Positions 44,209 through 53,591 are shown, numbered from the stretch's first letter. The stretch: 64,000 nucleotides of DNA from Escherichia coli (GCF_036507355.1 NZ_AP027877.1); one strand, 5' to 3'. Numbers and translations are program-made. Notes: generated by a model from the letters alone, not told the origin.

Positions 44209-45123
44209 TCAAAATAGCCCGTTGCGTAATGCGTGTTCCAGGCTAATCCCGGGAAACCAATTAATATCTTCAGAAATACGGTTATTACTTGCCGACCAGT
44301 CGGCGTGGGTTAATTCACGAATTTTCGAGCGGGTCAGCATAGGTTCTTTACCTGCCAGGCGACTCAACGCGGTACTGATATCCGCAAGGCAGGTGAGTAC
44401 CGGCAGAGGAATGCCAACCATTCGCACGGAACCACAACGGGCGTCGGCGGCAAGTTGCTGTACGCGTTGCCAGTCATAGCCGCCAGCGACGCCATCGCAT
44501 AATTCATAGGTTTGCGTCTGTACAGTTTCGGCGCTTAACCACTGACCCACTGCTTGCGCAAAATCGGTGACATGCAGGAAAGAGAGCTGTGTATCTGGTG
44601 CACCAAGTCGTGGCAGCAGGCCGCGCAGCATCCAGTCAAACAGCGGTTTTAACTCTTTATCGCCGGGACCATACACGGCTGTCGGGCGAAAAACGCCCAG
44701 CGTAATTTCGTCAGCCATTGCCGTCAGCCGTTGTTCGGCGACGTGTTTGGAATTTGCGTACCAGGAGAGCTCGGGATGGCGCGCCGCCAGCGAAGAGATA
44801 AACAGAAAACGTTGGCAAAAGCCGCTCTCTTTTGCTGCTTGCATCAGGCGCAGGCTGCCGTCAACGTTACAGTGGGTAAAAATCTCTTCTTTGTGTCCGC
44901 GCACTTGCCCGGCGCAATGGACCACCGCGCTGGCTCCGGCAACCAGTTCGCTAAGCGAATGTGTATCTTCCAGCGAACCGCGCACCCAAGTAAGATTATC
45001 ATTGACGTGAGCGCGGGCAGTACGCGTCAATGCGCGAACGTGAAAGCCGCGGGCGAGCAGGTTATCGATAATATATTTACCGATAAAACCGGTAGCGCCC
45101 GTCACCGCGACAGTTTGATTCAT
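44209..45123 (-). CDS. NAD(P)-dependent epimerase/dehydratase-family (extended SDR) reductase
   Basis: 304-aa ORF; N-terminal VTGATGFIGKYI Rossmann motif; YANSK (YxxxK) catalytic motif; start overlaps the upstream stop (ATGA). Confidence 0.8.
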   Translation of the reverse strand: MNQTVAVTGATGFIGKYIIDNLLARGFHVRALTRTARAHVNDNLTWVRGSLEDTHSLSELVAGASAVVHCAGQVRGHKEEIFTHCNVDGSLRLMQAAKESGFCQRFLFISSLAARHPELSWYANSKHVAEQRLTAMADEITLGVFRPTAVYGPGDKELKPLFDWMLRGLLPRLGAPDTQLSFLHVTDFAQAVGQWLSAETVQTQTYELCDGVAGGYDWQRVQQLAADARCGSVRMVGIPLPVLTCLADISTALSRLAGKEPMLTRSKIRELTHADWSASNNRISEDINWFPGISLEHALRNGLF

Positions 45124-46841
45124 GCCAGGGATTCCTGCACATGAAGGCTTGCAGCATAAGCCTTCTGATAACGTTTTTTCGCTTCCGCACGGGCAGGCTT
45201 GCCGGAGGACGTTCGGGGAATGCTGTGGGGCGGCAACAGATCGATAGCCGCGGTCACGCCAAATTCGCTTTGGATCCGTGCTGCCAGCGCGTGGATAAGC
45301 TGCCCGCGACGTTCTTCATCGCTGATCCGACACTGGATCTGCAAAATGATTTTTTCCTGGACGGTAACAAAAGCAATCGCATCGCCAGAATGAATTTCCG
45401 GTTCCTGTTCCGCTATATATTCAATATCCTGCGGCCAGATATTACGGCCACGAATAATAATCAGATCTTTAATGCGTCCGGTGACATACAGATAACCATC
45501 CAGCAGATAACCGAGGTCGCCAGTGTCTAACCAGCCCGTCGCGGCAATCTCGTCTTGCGAAGCCTGGTCGCCAAAGTAACCGCTCATCAGACTGGGACCG
45601 GAGATGCAAATATGGCCTACCACACGTTCCGCGACCGGCATACCTGCTTGATTGCGGATTTCAATACCATGTTCCGGCAACGCTTTGCCGCAGTTGACGA
45701 AAGTCGATACGGCGCGTGTCTCTGCACCCGGCGCGACGGCTTTACCCTGATATTCGAGGATGTCGCGATCCACTTCGTTAACTACAACCCCGGAGGCTTC
45801 ATCAGAGAAGCTGACAGCCAGCGCATTTTCTGCCAGGCCGTAGCACGGCATGAAAGTTTTATCGTCAAAGTTAACCTGACGGAAACATTCAGCGAATTGA
45901 TGGAGTTGTTCTGCGGAGATGGGTTCTGCACCAATACCAGCGACGCGCCAGCAGGAAAGATCCAGTTCAGCGAGATCTTTTTCATTCACGCGGCGCTGGC
46001 ACAATTCATAGCCAAACGGCGGCGCAACGGAAACGGTGCCGCGATTTTTACTGATCAATTTAAGCCATTGCAGAGGACGCATGGCAAAATCCTGAGTGCG
46101 CAAATAATCTACTGAAAGTTGCGTGGCGACGGGGGTCAGGAGAAAGCCGACCAGTCCCATATCATGGTAGAAAGGCAGCCAGGAGACGCAGCGGTCGCCA
46201 GGGCGTAATTTAATGCCGTCGTGGCTTATAGCACGTAGATTAGCCATCACTTCGCGATGGGTGATAATGACGCCACGGGGAAAACGGGTGCTGCCGGAGG
46301 TGTACTGGAGGTAGGCGATATCGTTCGGAACTGGACGCTGGAGCGCAACATCGGCTTCCGGTAATGCCTTAAACCAGGCGTGGCTTAAAACATGTAATTC
46401 GGGGTTGTCATGCGTCGCGGCATTGACCAGTGGCAACCACTCATCACCAGTGATAATGGCTGCGGGCTGGCAACTTGTCAGTAAACCCTGCAATTTGGCG
46501 CTCCAGGAATCCCGCTGACCAACGCCCATTGGAATCGCCAACGGGACGGCGACTAAGCCGGCATACTGGCAGGCAAAAAAAGCCTCTACGAACCCGCTAC
46601 TTGTTTCGGCAATCAGTGCCACGCGATCGCCTTTTTTCAGGTTCAGCGATAACAACCGCTTCGCACCAGCTTCGGCACGCGCTTTTAACGTCTGATATTC
46701 CAGTTGATCTTCAAGTTGGCAACGTCTGTCATAAAAATTCATTCCAGCGCTACTCAGAGCGGCGTAGTCCAAAGCATCAACCAGCGTTGGAAAATCGGCA
46801 TAGCGTATAGGTAGGGAATGCGTAAAGATTTTATTAGACAT
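45120..46841 (-). CDS. Fatty acyl-AMP ligase / acyl-ACP synthetase (adenylate-forming enzyme)
   Basis: ORF 45120-46850 (GTG) trimmed to ATG 46839-46841 (MSNKIFTHSL...); AMP-binding core motifs YTSGSTRFPRGV and TGDLGY...GRIKDLIIIRGRNI. Confidence 0.85.
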   Translation of the reverse strand: MSNKIFTHSLPIRYADFPTLVDALDYAALSSAGMNFYDRRCQLEDQLEYQTLKARAEAGAKRLLSLNLKKGDRVALIAETSSGFVEAFFACQYAGLVAVPLAIPMGVGQRDSWSAKLQGLLTSCQPAAIITGDEWLPLVNAATHDNPELHVLSHAWFKALPEADVALQRPVPNDIAYLQYTSGSTRFPRGVIITHREVMANLRAISHDGIKLRPGDRCVSWLPFYHDMGLVGFLLTPVATQLSVDYLRTQDFAMRPLQWLKLISKNRGTVSVAPPFGYELCQRRVNEKDLAELDLSCWRVAGIGAEPISAEQLHQFAECFRQVNFDDKTFMPCYGLAENALAVSFSDEASGVVVNEVDRDILEYQGKAVAPGAETRAVSTFVNCGKALPEHGIEIRNQAGMPVAERVVGHICISGPSLMSGYFGDQASQDEIAATGWLDTGDLGYLLDGYLYVTGRIKDLIIIRGRNIWPQDIEYIAEQEPEIHSGDAIAFVTVQEKIILQIQCRISDEERRGQLIHALAARIQSEFGVTAAIDLLPPHSIPRTSSGKPARAEAKKRYQKAYAASLHVQESLA

Positions 46842-46850
46842 ATACACCAC

Positions 46851-47211
46851 GAAAAAATTGGATATCCAAAATAAAATGACAATAATGCGGTGGATTATAT
46901 AGGCATAAAAGATAAATGAGATAGTATTTTCATCGGTGTGAAAATGAACATTGATTTAAATAATGAGTTTAAGTTTTTTGTTTTTATTGTGAATGATATT
47001 TAATTTATGAATATATTAAGAAGAAGCCTTGTCCGGTCGCCTTAAATCGACAAAAGGCATTGTGGCGCTTCTGCGTAGTCGCTGACCCTATCGTAATCAT
47101 TAATAAATACTATTTATTCGTCGTTTGTATTCATTGGGTTGATTATTAAGATGCCGTTCGTTGCTGTTGCAACCTGTTTTTCACCGTTAATTATTTGTTA
47201 TCCACAGAACT
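46851..47211. promoter_or_regulatory. AT-rich divergent promoter region between the FAAL operon and yghO
   Basis: 361-bp noncoding stretch, visibly AT-rich with A/T tracts (e.g. TTTAAATAATGAGTTTAAGTTTTTTGTTTTTATTGTGAATGATATTTAATTTATGAATATATTAAG), flanked by divergent starts. Confidence 0.4.
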
Positions 47212-48354
47212 ATGGAATGCGATCTGCTGATGATCAAAATTGAAAAAGTAATTAATAAAAATGACCTTAAGGCATTTATTGCTTTTCCGTCATCACTTTA
47301 TCCCGATGATCCAAACTGGATACCCCCTTTATTCATTGAACGCAGCGAGCATTTGTCTGCGAAGAATCCGGGGACGGACCATATCATCTGGCAGGCGTGG
47401 GTGGCAAAAAAAGCGGGGCAGATAGTTGGGCGTATTACCGCGCAAATAGATACCTTACACCGCGAGTGTTACGGCGAAGATACCGGTCATTTCGGCATGA
47501 TTGACGCCATTGATGATCCGCAGGTTTTTGCCGCGTTGTTTGGCGCAGCGGAAGCGTGGTTGAAGTCACAAGGTGCAAGTAAGATCAGCGGGCCTTTCAG
47601 CCTGAATATCAATCAGGAAAGCGGATTACTGATTGAAGGTTTTGACACACCACCCTGTGCGATGATGCCACACGGCAAACCGTGGTATGCCGCGCATATT
47701 GAACAACTGGGTTATCACAAAGGCATTGATTTACTGGCGTGGTGGATGCAGCGAACCGATCTCACTTTCTCTCCGGCGCTAAAAAAACTGATGGTTCAGG
47801 TGCGCAAAAAGGTGACCATTCGCTGCATCAATCGCCAGCGGTTTGCCGAAGAGATGCAGATCCTGCGTGAGATTTTCAACTCTGGCTGGCAGCACAACTG
47901 GGGATTTGTGCCGTTTACCGAACATGAATTCGCGACCATGGGCGACCAACTTAAATATCTGGTGCCGGACGATATGATCTACATCGCTGAGATTGATTCT
48001 GCACCTTGCGCGTTTATTGTCGGCTTGCCAAACATCAACGAGGCGATTGCCGATCTGAACGGATCGCTCTTTCCCTTCGGCTGGGCAAAATTGCTGTGGC
48101 GTTTGAAAGTCAGCGGTGTGCGAACTGCGCGAGTACCGCTGATGGGCGTGCGCGACGAGTATCAGTTCAGCCGCATCGGCCCGGTGATTGCGCTGTTATT
48201 GATTGAAGCCTTACGCGATCCGTTTGCCCGCCGGAAGATCGATGCGCTGGAGATGTCATGGATCCTCGAAACCAATACAGGCATGAATAACATGCTGGAA
48301 CGCATTGGGGCGGAGCCGTACAAGCGTTACCGATTGTATGAAAAGCAGATTTAA
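47212..48354 (+). CDS. yghO: YghO-family protein, putative GNAT-like N-acyltransferase, intact
   Basis: 380-aa ORF MECDLLMIKIEKVINKNDLKAFIAFPSSLYPDDPNWIPPLF...; recognised as YghO family, which I recall as a disrupted pseudogene in K-12; acyltransferase assignment is from family knowledge, not from motifs I can verify. Confidence 0.7.
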   Translation: MECDLLMIKIEKVINKNDLKAFIAFPSSLYPDDPNWIPPLFIERSEHLSAKNPGTDHIIWQAWVAKKAGQIVGRITAQIDTLHRECYGEDTGHFGMIDAIDDPQVFAALFGAAEAWLKSQGASKISGPFSLNINQESGLLIEGFDTPPCAMMPHGKPWYAAHIEQLGYHKGIDLLAWWMQRTDLTFSPALKKLMVQVRKKVTIRCINRQRFAEEMQILREIFNSGWQHNWGFVPFTEHEFATMGDQLKYLVPDDMIYIAEIDSAPCAFIVGLPNINEAIADLNGSLFPFGWAKLLWRLKVSGVRTARVPLMGVRDEYQFSRIGPVIALLLIEALRDPFARRKIDALEMSWILETNTGMNNMLERIGAEPYKRYRLYEKQI

Positions 48355-48360
48355 TACCAG

Positions 48361-49125
48361 CTAACTCAGGTTCATCTCCAGCGGCACCGCCGAGCGAATC
48401 AAATGGTGGCCTTCCAGCTCGATATCGTGGAGATTCTTTTTCACGGTCCGCACATGATCGCGTGCTGCGCGCTGGGCGACGTGCGGCAGCCGCTGCAACA
48501 CCGCGTTGTAGATCCGCGCATGCTGGCGATCGATCTGCTTTTTTTGCTGTGGTCGATGGTAGAGATTATTTACGCTGGCAAACACTGAATTAAACATCAG
48601 ATCGGTCAATGATTGCAGCGTAAACACCAACACCTGATTGTGAGAAGCCTGACAAATGGCGAGATGGAAAGCGTGATCCAACTGCGCATGTTCGATCAGC
48701 GAAATCTCTTTGTTGTTCTCACTGGCGGCGAGCATTTTTTCATAACAGCGGGTTATCACAACAAAATCAGCCTGGGTTCCCAGCGTTGCCGCAAGCCTTG
48801 CCGATTCGCCCTCCAGCAATGCGCGAACGTCGAGCAGATCATACAGCGTTCGCGGCTGCGTACTGAACAGATGGATCAGCGGGCTGGTGTCCTGCACCCG
48901 ATTAAGCCGTGCGACACGAGAATCGCGACCCTGCGCCGTTTCAATAATCCCGCGCCCGCGCAGCACGGTCAGCCCTTCACGCAGTGCGGAGCGTGAGAAC
49001 CCGAGCTTTTCACACAGTCGACGTTCCGAGGGAAGCGGCTGACCGACCTTCAGTACGCCGTCGATAATTAACCGTTCGATACTCTCTGCAACCACTTCGC
49101 AAATAGGGCGACGTTCATCTTTCAT
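48361..49125 (-). CDS. glcC: GntR/FadR-family transcriptional activator of the glc operon
   Basis: ORF 48361-49185 trimmed to ATG (MKDERRPICEVVAESIERLIIDG..., 254 aa); recognised as GlcC. Confidence 0.9.
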   Translation of the reverse strand: MKDERRPICEVVAESIERLIIDGVLKVGQPLPSERRLCEKLGFSRSALREGLTVLRGRGIIETAQGRDSRVARLNRVQDTSPLIHLFSTQPRTLYDLLDVRALLEGESARLAATLGTQADFVVITRCYEKMLAASENNKEISLIEHAQLDHAFHLAICQASHNQVLVFTLQSLTDLMFNSVFASVNNLYHRPQQKKQIDRQHARIYNAVLQRLPHVAQRAARDHVRTVKKNLHDIELEGHHLIRSAVPLEMNLS

Positions 49126-49375
49126 TCCCGGACCTCGTGCACAGGTAGGACCAATTTTTCTGTTCTTAACTCGCAAAACACGCACATCACGTAAGTGATT
49201 ATGTTACATCAATTTAACATTAAGTTAACCAAGACAAGGTCACAGAGCTGGAAAAAAAATGGTCTGACCGGTAGCTAAAGAGATAGACGAAAACGAAAAG
49301 CCCGCTTAATAACTGTTCACAGAAGCAGCGCGCAAAAATCAGCTGCCACACAACACAACAAAGCGAAGCCTACTC

Positions 49376-50875
49376 ATGAGCATCTTGTACGAAGAGCGTC
49401 TTGATGGCGCTTTACCCGATGTCGACCGCACATCGGTACTGATGGCACTGCGTGAGCATGTCCCTGGACTTGAGATCCTGCATACCGATGAGGAGATCAT
49501 TCCTTACGAGTGTGACGGGTTGAGCGCGTATCGCACGCGTCCATTACTGGTTGTTCTGCCTAAGCAAATGGAACAGGTGACAGCGATTCTGGCTGTCTGC
49601 CATCGCCTGCGTGTACCGGTGGTGACCCGTGGTGCAGGCACCGGGCTTTCTGGTGGCGCGCTGCCGCTGGAAAAAGGTGTGTTGTTGGTGATGGCGCGCT
49701 TTAAAGAGATCCTCGACATTAATCCCGTTGGTCGCCGCGCGCGCGTGCAGCCAGGCGTGCGTAACCTGGCGATCTCCCAGGCCGTTGCACCGCATAATCT
49801 CTACTACGCACCGGATCCTTCCTCACAAATCGCCTGTTCCATTGGCGGCAACGTGGCGGAAAATGCCGGTGGCGTCCACTGCCTGAAATATGGTCTGACC
49901 GTACATAACCTGCTGAAAATTGAAGTGCAAACGCTGGATGGCGAGGCACTGACGCTGGGATCGGATGCGCTGGATTCGCCTGGTTTTGACCTGCTGGCGT
50001 TGTTCACCGGATCGGAAGGTATGCTCGGCGTGACCACCGAAGTGACGGTAAAACTGCTGCCGAAGCCGCCCGTGGCGCGGGTTCTGTTAGCAAGCTTTGA
50101 CTCGGTAGAAAAAGCCGGACTTGCGGTTGGTGACATCATCGCCAATGGCATTATCCCCGGCGGGCTGGAGATGATGGATAACCTGTCGATCCGCGCGGCG
50201 GAAGATTTTATTCATGCCGGTTATCCCGTCGACGCCGAAGCGATTTTGTTATGCGAGCTGGACGGCGTGGAGTCTGACGTACAGGAAGACTGCGAGCGGG
50301 TTAACGACATCTTGTTGAAAGCGGGCGCGACTGACGTCCGTCTGGCACAGGACGAAGCAGAGCGCGTACGTTTCTGGGCCGGTCGCAAAAATGCGTTCCC
50401 GGCGGTAGGACGTATCTCCCCGGATTACTACTGCATGGATGGCACCATCCCGCGTCGCGCCCTGCCTGGCGTACTGGAAGGCATTGCTCGTTTATCGCAG
50501 CAATATGATTTACGTGTTGCCAACGTCTTTCATGCCGGAGATGGCAACATGCACCCGTTAATCCTTTTCGATGCCAACGAACCCGGTGAATTTGCCCGCG
50601 CGGAAGAGCTGGGCGGGAAGATCCTCGAACTCTGCGTTGAAGTTGGCGGCAGCATCAGTGGGGAACATGGCATCGGGCGAGAAAAAATCAATCAAATGTG
50701 CGCCCAGTTCAATAGCGATGAAATCACGACCTTCCATGCGGTCAAGGCGGCGTTTGACCCCGATGGTTTGCTGAACCCTGGGAAAAACATTCCCACGCTA
50801 CACCGCTGTGCTGAATTTGGTGCCATGCATGTGCATCACGGTCATTTACCTTTTCCTGAACTGGAGCGCTTCTGA
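49376..50875 (+). CDS. glcD: Glycolate oxidase FAD-binding subunit
   Basis: 499-aa ORF MSILYEERLDGALPDVDRTSVLMALREH...; recognised as GlcD. Confidence 0.95.
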   Translation: MSILYEERLDGALPDVDRTSVLMALREHVPGLEILHTDEEIIPYECDGLSAYRTRPLLVVLPKQMEQVTAILAVCHRLRVPVVTRGAGTGLSGGALPLEKGVLLVMARFKEILDINPVGRRARVQPGVRNLAISQAVAPHNLYYAPDPSSQIACSIGGNVAENAGGVHCLKYGLTVHNLLKIEVQTLDGEALTLGSDALDSPGFDLLALFTGSEGMLGVTTEVTVKLLPKPPVARVLLASFDSVEKAGLAVGDIIANGIIPGGLEMMDNLSIRAAEDFIHAGYPVDAEAILLCELDGVESDVQEDCERVNDILLKAGATDVRLAQDEAERVRFWAGRKNAFPAVGRISPDYYCMDGTIPRRALPGVLEGIARLSQQYDLRVANVFHAGDGNMHPLILFDANEPGEFARAEELGGKILELCVEVGGSISGEHGIGREKINQMCAQFNSDEITTFHAVKAAFDPDGLLNPGKNIPTLHRCAEFGAMHVHHGHLPFPELERF

Positions 50876-51927
50876 TGCTACGCGAGTGTGATTACAGTCA
50901 GGCGCTGCTGGAGCAGGTGAATCAGGCAATTAGCGATAAAACGCCGCTGGTGATTCAGGGCAGCAATAGCAAAGCCTTTTTAGGTCGCCCAGTCACCGGG
51001 CAAACGCTGGATGTGCGTTGTCATCGCGGCATTGTTAATTACGACCCGACCGAGCTGGTGATAACCGCTCGTGCCGGAACGCCGCTGGTGGCGATTGAAG
51101 CGGCGCTGGAGAGCGCCGGGCAAATGCTTCCCTGCGAGCCGCCGCATTATGGTGAAGAAGCCACCTGGGGCGGGATGGTCGCCTGCGGGCTGGCGGGGCC
51201 GCGTCGCCCGTGGAGCGGTTCGGTCCGCGATTTTGTCCTCGGCACGCGCATCATTACCGGCGCTGGAAAACATCTGCGTTTTGGTGGTGAAGTGATGAAA
51301 AACGTTGCCGGATACGATCTCTCACGGTTAATGGCCGGAAGCTACGGTTGTCTTGGCGTGCTCACTGAAATCTCAATGAAAGTGTTACCGCGACCGCGCG
51401 CCTCCCTGAGCCTGCGTCGGGAAATCAGCCTGCAAGAAGCCATGAGTGAAATCGCCGAGTGGCAACTCCAGCCATTACCCATTAGTGGCTTATGTTACTT
51501 CGACAATGCGTTGTGGATCCGCCTTGAGGGCGGCGAAGGATCGGTAAAAGCAGCGCGTGAACTGCTGGGTGGCGAAGAGGTTGCGGGTCAGTTCTGGCAG
51601 CAATTGCGTGAACAACAACTGCCGTTCTTCTCGTTACCAGGTACCTTATGGCGCATTTCATTACCCAGCGATGCGCCGATGATGGATTTACCCGGCGAGC
51701 AACTGATCGACTGGGGCGGGGCGTTACGCTGGCTGAAATCGACAGCCGAGGACAATCAAATCCATCGCATCGCCCGCAACGCTGGCGGTCATGCGACCCG
51801 CTTTAGTGCCGGAGATGGTGGCTTTGCCCCGCTATCGGCTCCTTTATTCCGCTATCACCAGCAGCTTAAACAGCAGCTCGACCCTTGCGGCGTGTTTAAC
51901 CCCGGTCGCATGTACGCGGAACTTTGA
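50875..51927 (+). CDS. glcE: Glycolate oxidase FAD-binding subunit GlcE
   Basis: 350-aa ORF MLRECDYSQALLEQVNQAISDK...; start overlaps the glcD stop. Confidence 0.95.
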   Translation: MLRECDYSQALLEQVNQAISDKTPLVIQGSNSKAFLGRPVTGQTLDVRCHRGIVNYDPTELVITARAGTPLVAIEAALESAGQMLPCEPPHYGEEATWGGMVACGLAGPRRPWSGSVRDFVLGTRIITGAGKHLRFGGEVMKNVAGYDLSRLMAGSYGCLGVLTEISMKVLPRPRASLSLRREISLQEAMSEIAEWQLQPLPISGLCYFDNALWIRLEGGEGSVKAARELLGGEEVAGQFWQQLREQQLPFFSLPGTLWRISLPSDAPMMDLPGEQLIDWGGALRWLKSTAEDNQIHRIARNAGGHATRFSAGDGGFAPLSAPLFRYHQQLKQQLDPCGVFNPGRMYAEL

Positions 51928-51937
51928 GGAGCAGGCT

Positions 51938-53161
51938 ATGCAAACCCAATTAACTGAAGAGATGCGGCAGAACGCGCGCGCGCTGGAAGCCGACAGCATC
52001 CTGCGCGCCTGTGTTCACTGCGGATTTTGTACCGCAACCTGCCCAACCTATCAGCTTCTGGGCGATGAACTGGACGGGCCGCGCGGGCGCATCTATCTGA
52101 TTAAACAGGTGCTGGAAGGCAACGAAGTCACGCTTAAAACACAGGAGCATCTCGATCGCTGCCTCACTTGCCGCAATTGTGAAACCACCTGTCCTTCTGG
52201 TGTGCGCTATCACAATTTGCTGGATATCGGGCGTGATATTGTCGAGCAGAAAGTGAAACGCCCACTGCCGGAGCGAATACTGCGCGAAGGATTGCGCCAG
52301 GTAGTGCCGCGTCCGGCGGTCTTCCGTGCGCTGACGCAGGTAGGGCTGGTGCTGCGACCGTTTTTACCGGAACAGGTCAGAGCAAAACTGCCTGCTGAAA
52401 CGGTGAAAGCTAAACCGCGTCCGCCGCTGCGCCATAAGCGTCGGGTTTTAATGCTGGAAGGCTGCGCCCAGCCTACGCTTTCGCCCAACACCAACGCGGC
52501 AACTGCGCGAGTGCTGGATCGTCTGGGGATCAGCGTCATGCCAGCTAACGAAGCAGGCTGTTGTGGCGCGGTAGACTATCACCTTAATGCGCAGGAGAAA
52601 GGGCTGGCACGGGCGCGCAATAATATTGATGCCTGGTGGCCCGCGATTGAAGCAGGTGCCGAGGCAATTTTGCAAACCGCCAGCGGTTGCGGCGCGTTTG
52701 TCAAAGAGTATGGGCAGATGCTGAAAAACGATGCGTTATATGCCGATAAAGCGCGTCAGGTCAGTGAACTGGCGGTCGATTTAGTCGAACTTCTGCGCAA
52801 GGAACCGCTGGAAAAACTGGCAATTCGCGGGGATAAAAAACTGGCCTTCCACTGCCCGTGTACCCTACAACATGCGCAAAAGCTGAACGGCGAAGTGGAA
52901 AAAGTGTTGCTTCGTCTTGGATTTACCTTAACGGACGTTCCCGACAGCCATCTGTGCTGCGGTTCAGCGGGAACATATGCGTTAACGCATCCCGATCTGG
53001 CACGCCAGCTGCGGGATAACAAAATGAATGCGCTGGAAAGCGGCAAACCGGAAATGATCGTCACCGCCAACATTGGTTGCCAGACGCATCTGGCGAGCGC
53101 CGGTCGTACCTCTGTGCGCCACTGGATTGAAATTGTAGAACAAGCCCTTGAAAAGGAATAA
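51938..53161 (+). CDS. glcF: Glycolate oxidase iron-sulfur subunit
   Basis: ORF 51791-53161 trimmed to ATG 51938 (MQTQLTEEMRQNARALEADSILRACVHCGFCTATCP, 407 aa); two CxxCxxCxxxCP clusters. Confidence 0.95.
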   Translation: MQTQLTEEMRQNARALEADSILRACVHCGFCTATCPTYQLLGDELDGPRGRIYLIKQVLEGNEVTLKTQEHLDRCLTCRNCETTCPSGVRYHNLLDIGRDIVEQKVKRPLPERILREGLRQVVPRPAVFRALTQVGLVLRPFLPEQVRAKLPAETVKAKPRPPLRHKRRVLMLEGCAQPTLSPNTNAATARVLDRLGISVMPANEAGCCGAVDYHLNAQEKGLARARNNIDAWWPAIEAGAEAILQTASGCGAFVKEYGQMLKNDALYADKARQVSELAVDLVELLRKEPLEKLAIRGDKKLAFHCPCTLQHAQKLNGEVEKVLLRLGFTLTDVPDSHLCCGSAGTYALTHPDLARQLRDNKMNALESGKPEMIVTANIGCQTHLASAGRTSVRHWIEIVEQALEKE

Positions 53162-53165
53162 AAAA

Positions 53166-53570
53166 ATGAAAACTAAAGTCATTCTTAGCCAGCAAATGGC
53201 GAGTGCAATTATTGCCGCAGGTCAGGAAGAGGCGCAGAAAAATAACTGGTCTGTTTCCATTGCTGTTGCCGATGACGGCGGTCATCTGCTGGCGTTAAGT
53301 CGCATGGACGATTGCGCGCCGATTGCGGCTTACATCTCCCAGGAGAAAGCGCGTACCGCCGCGCTGGGGCGTCGTGAAACTAAGGGCTATGAAGAGATGG
53401 TGAACAACGGACGTACCGCGTTCGTGACTGCGCCGTTATTAACGTCGCTGGAAGGCGGCGTACCGGTTGTTGTTGATGGGCAAATTATTGGTGCCGTGGG
53501 CGTTTCTGGTTTAACCGGAGCACAGGATGCGCAGGTCGCGAAAGCGGCAGCAGCGGTGTTGGCGAAATAA
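53166..53570 (+). CDS. glcG: GlcG (heme-degrading-like domain protein of the glc operon)
   Basis: ORF 53148-53570 trimmed to ATG 53166 (MKTKVILSQQMASAIIAAG..., 134 aa). Confidence 0.9.
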   Translation: MKTKVILSQQMASAIIAAGQEEAQKNNWSVSIAVADDGGHLLALSRMDDCAPIAAYISQEKARTAALGRRETKGYEEMVNNGRTAFVTAPLLTSLEGGVPVVVDGQIIGAVGVSGLTGAQDAQVAKAAAAVLAK

Positions 53571-53591
53571 GCGAAAACGAGGAGATAAACA

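Noticed and set aside
45555-46115. 186-aa plus-strand ORF inside the FAAL gene
   Set aside because: Antisense to a gene with clear adenylation motifs; shadow ORF.
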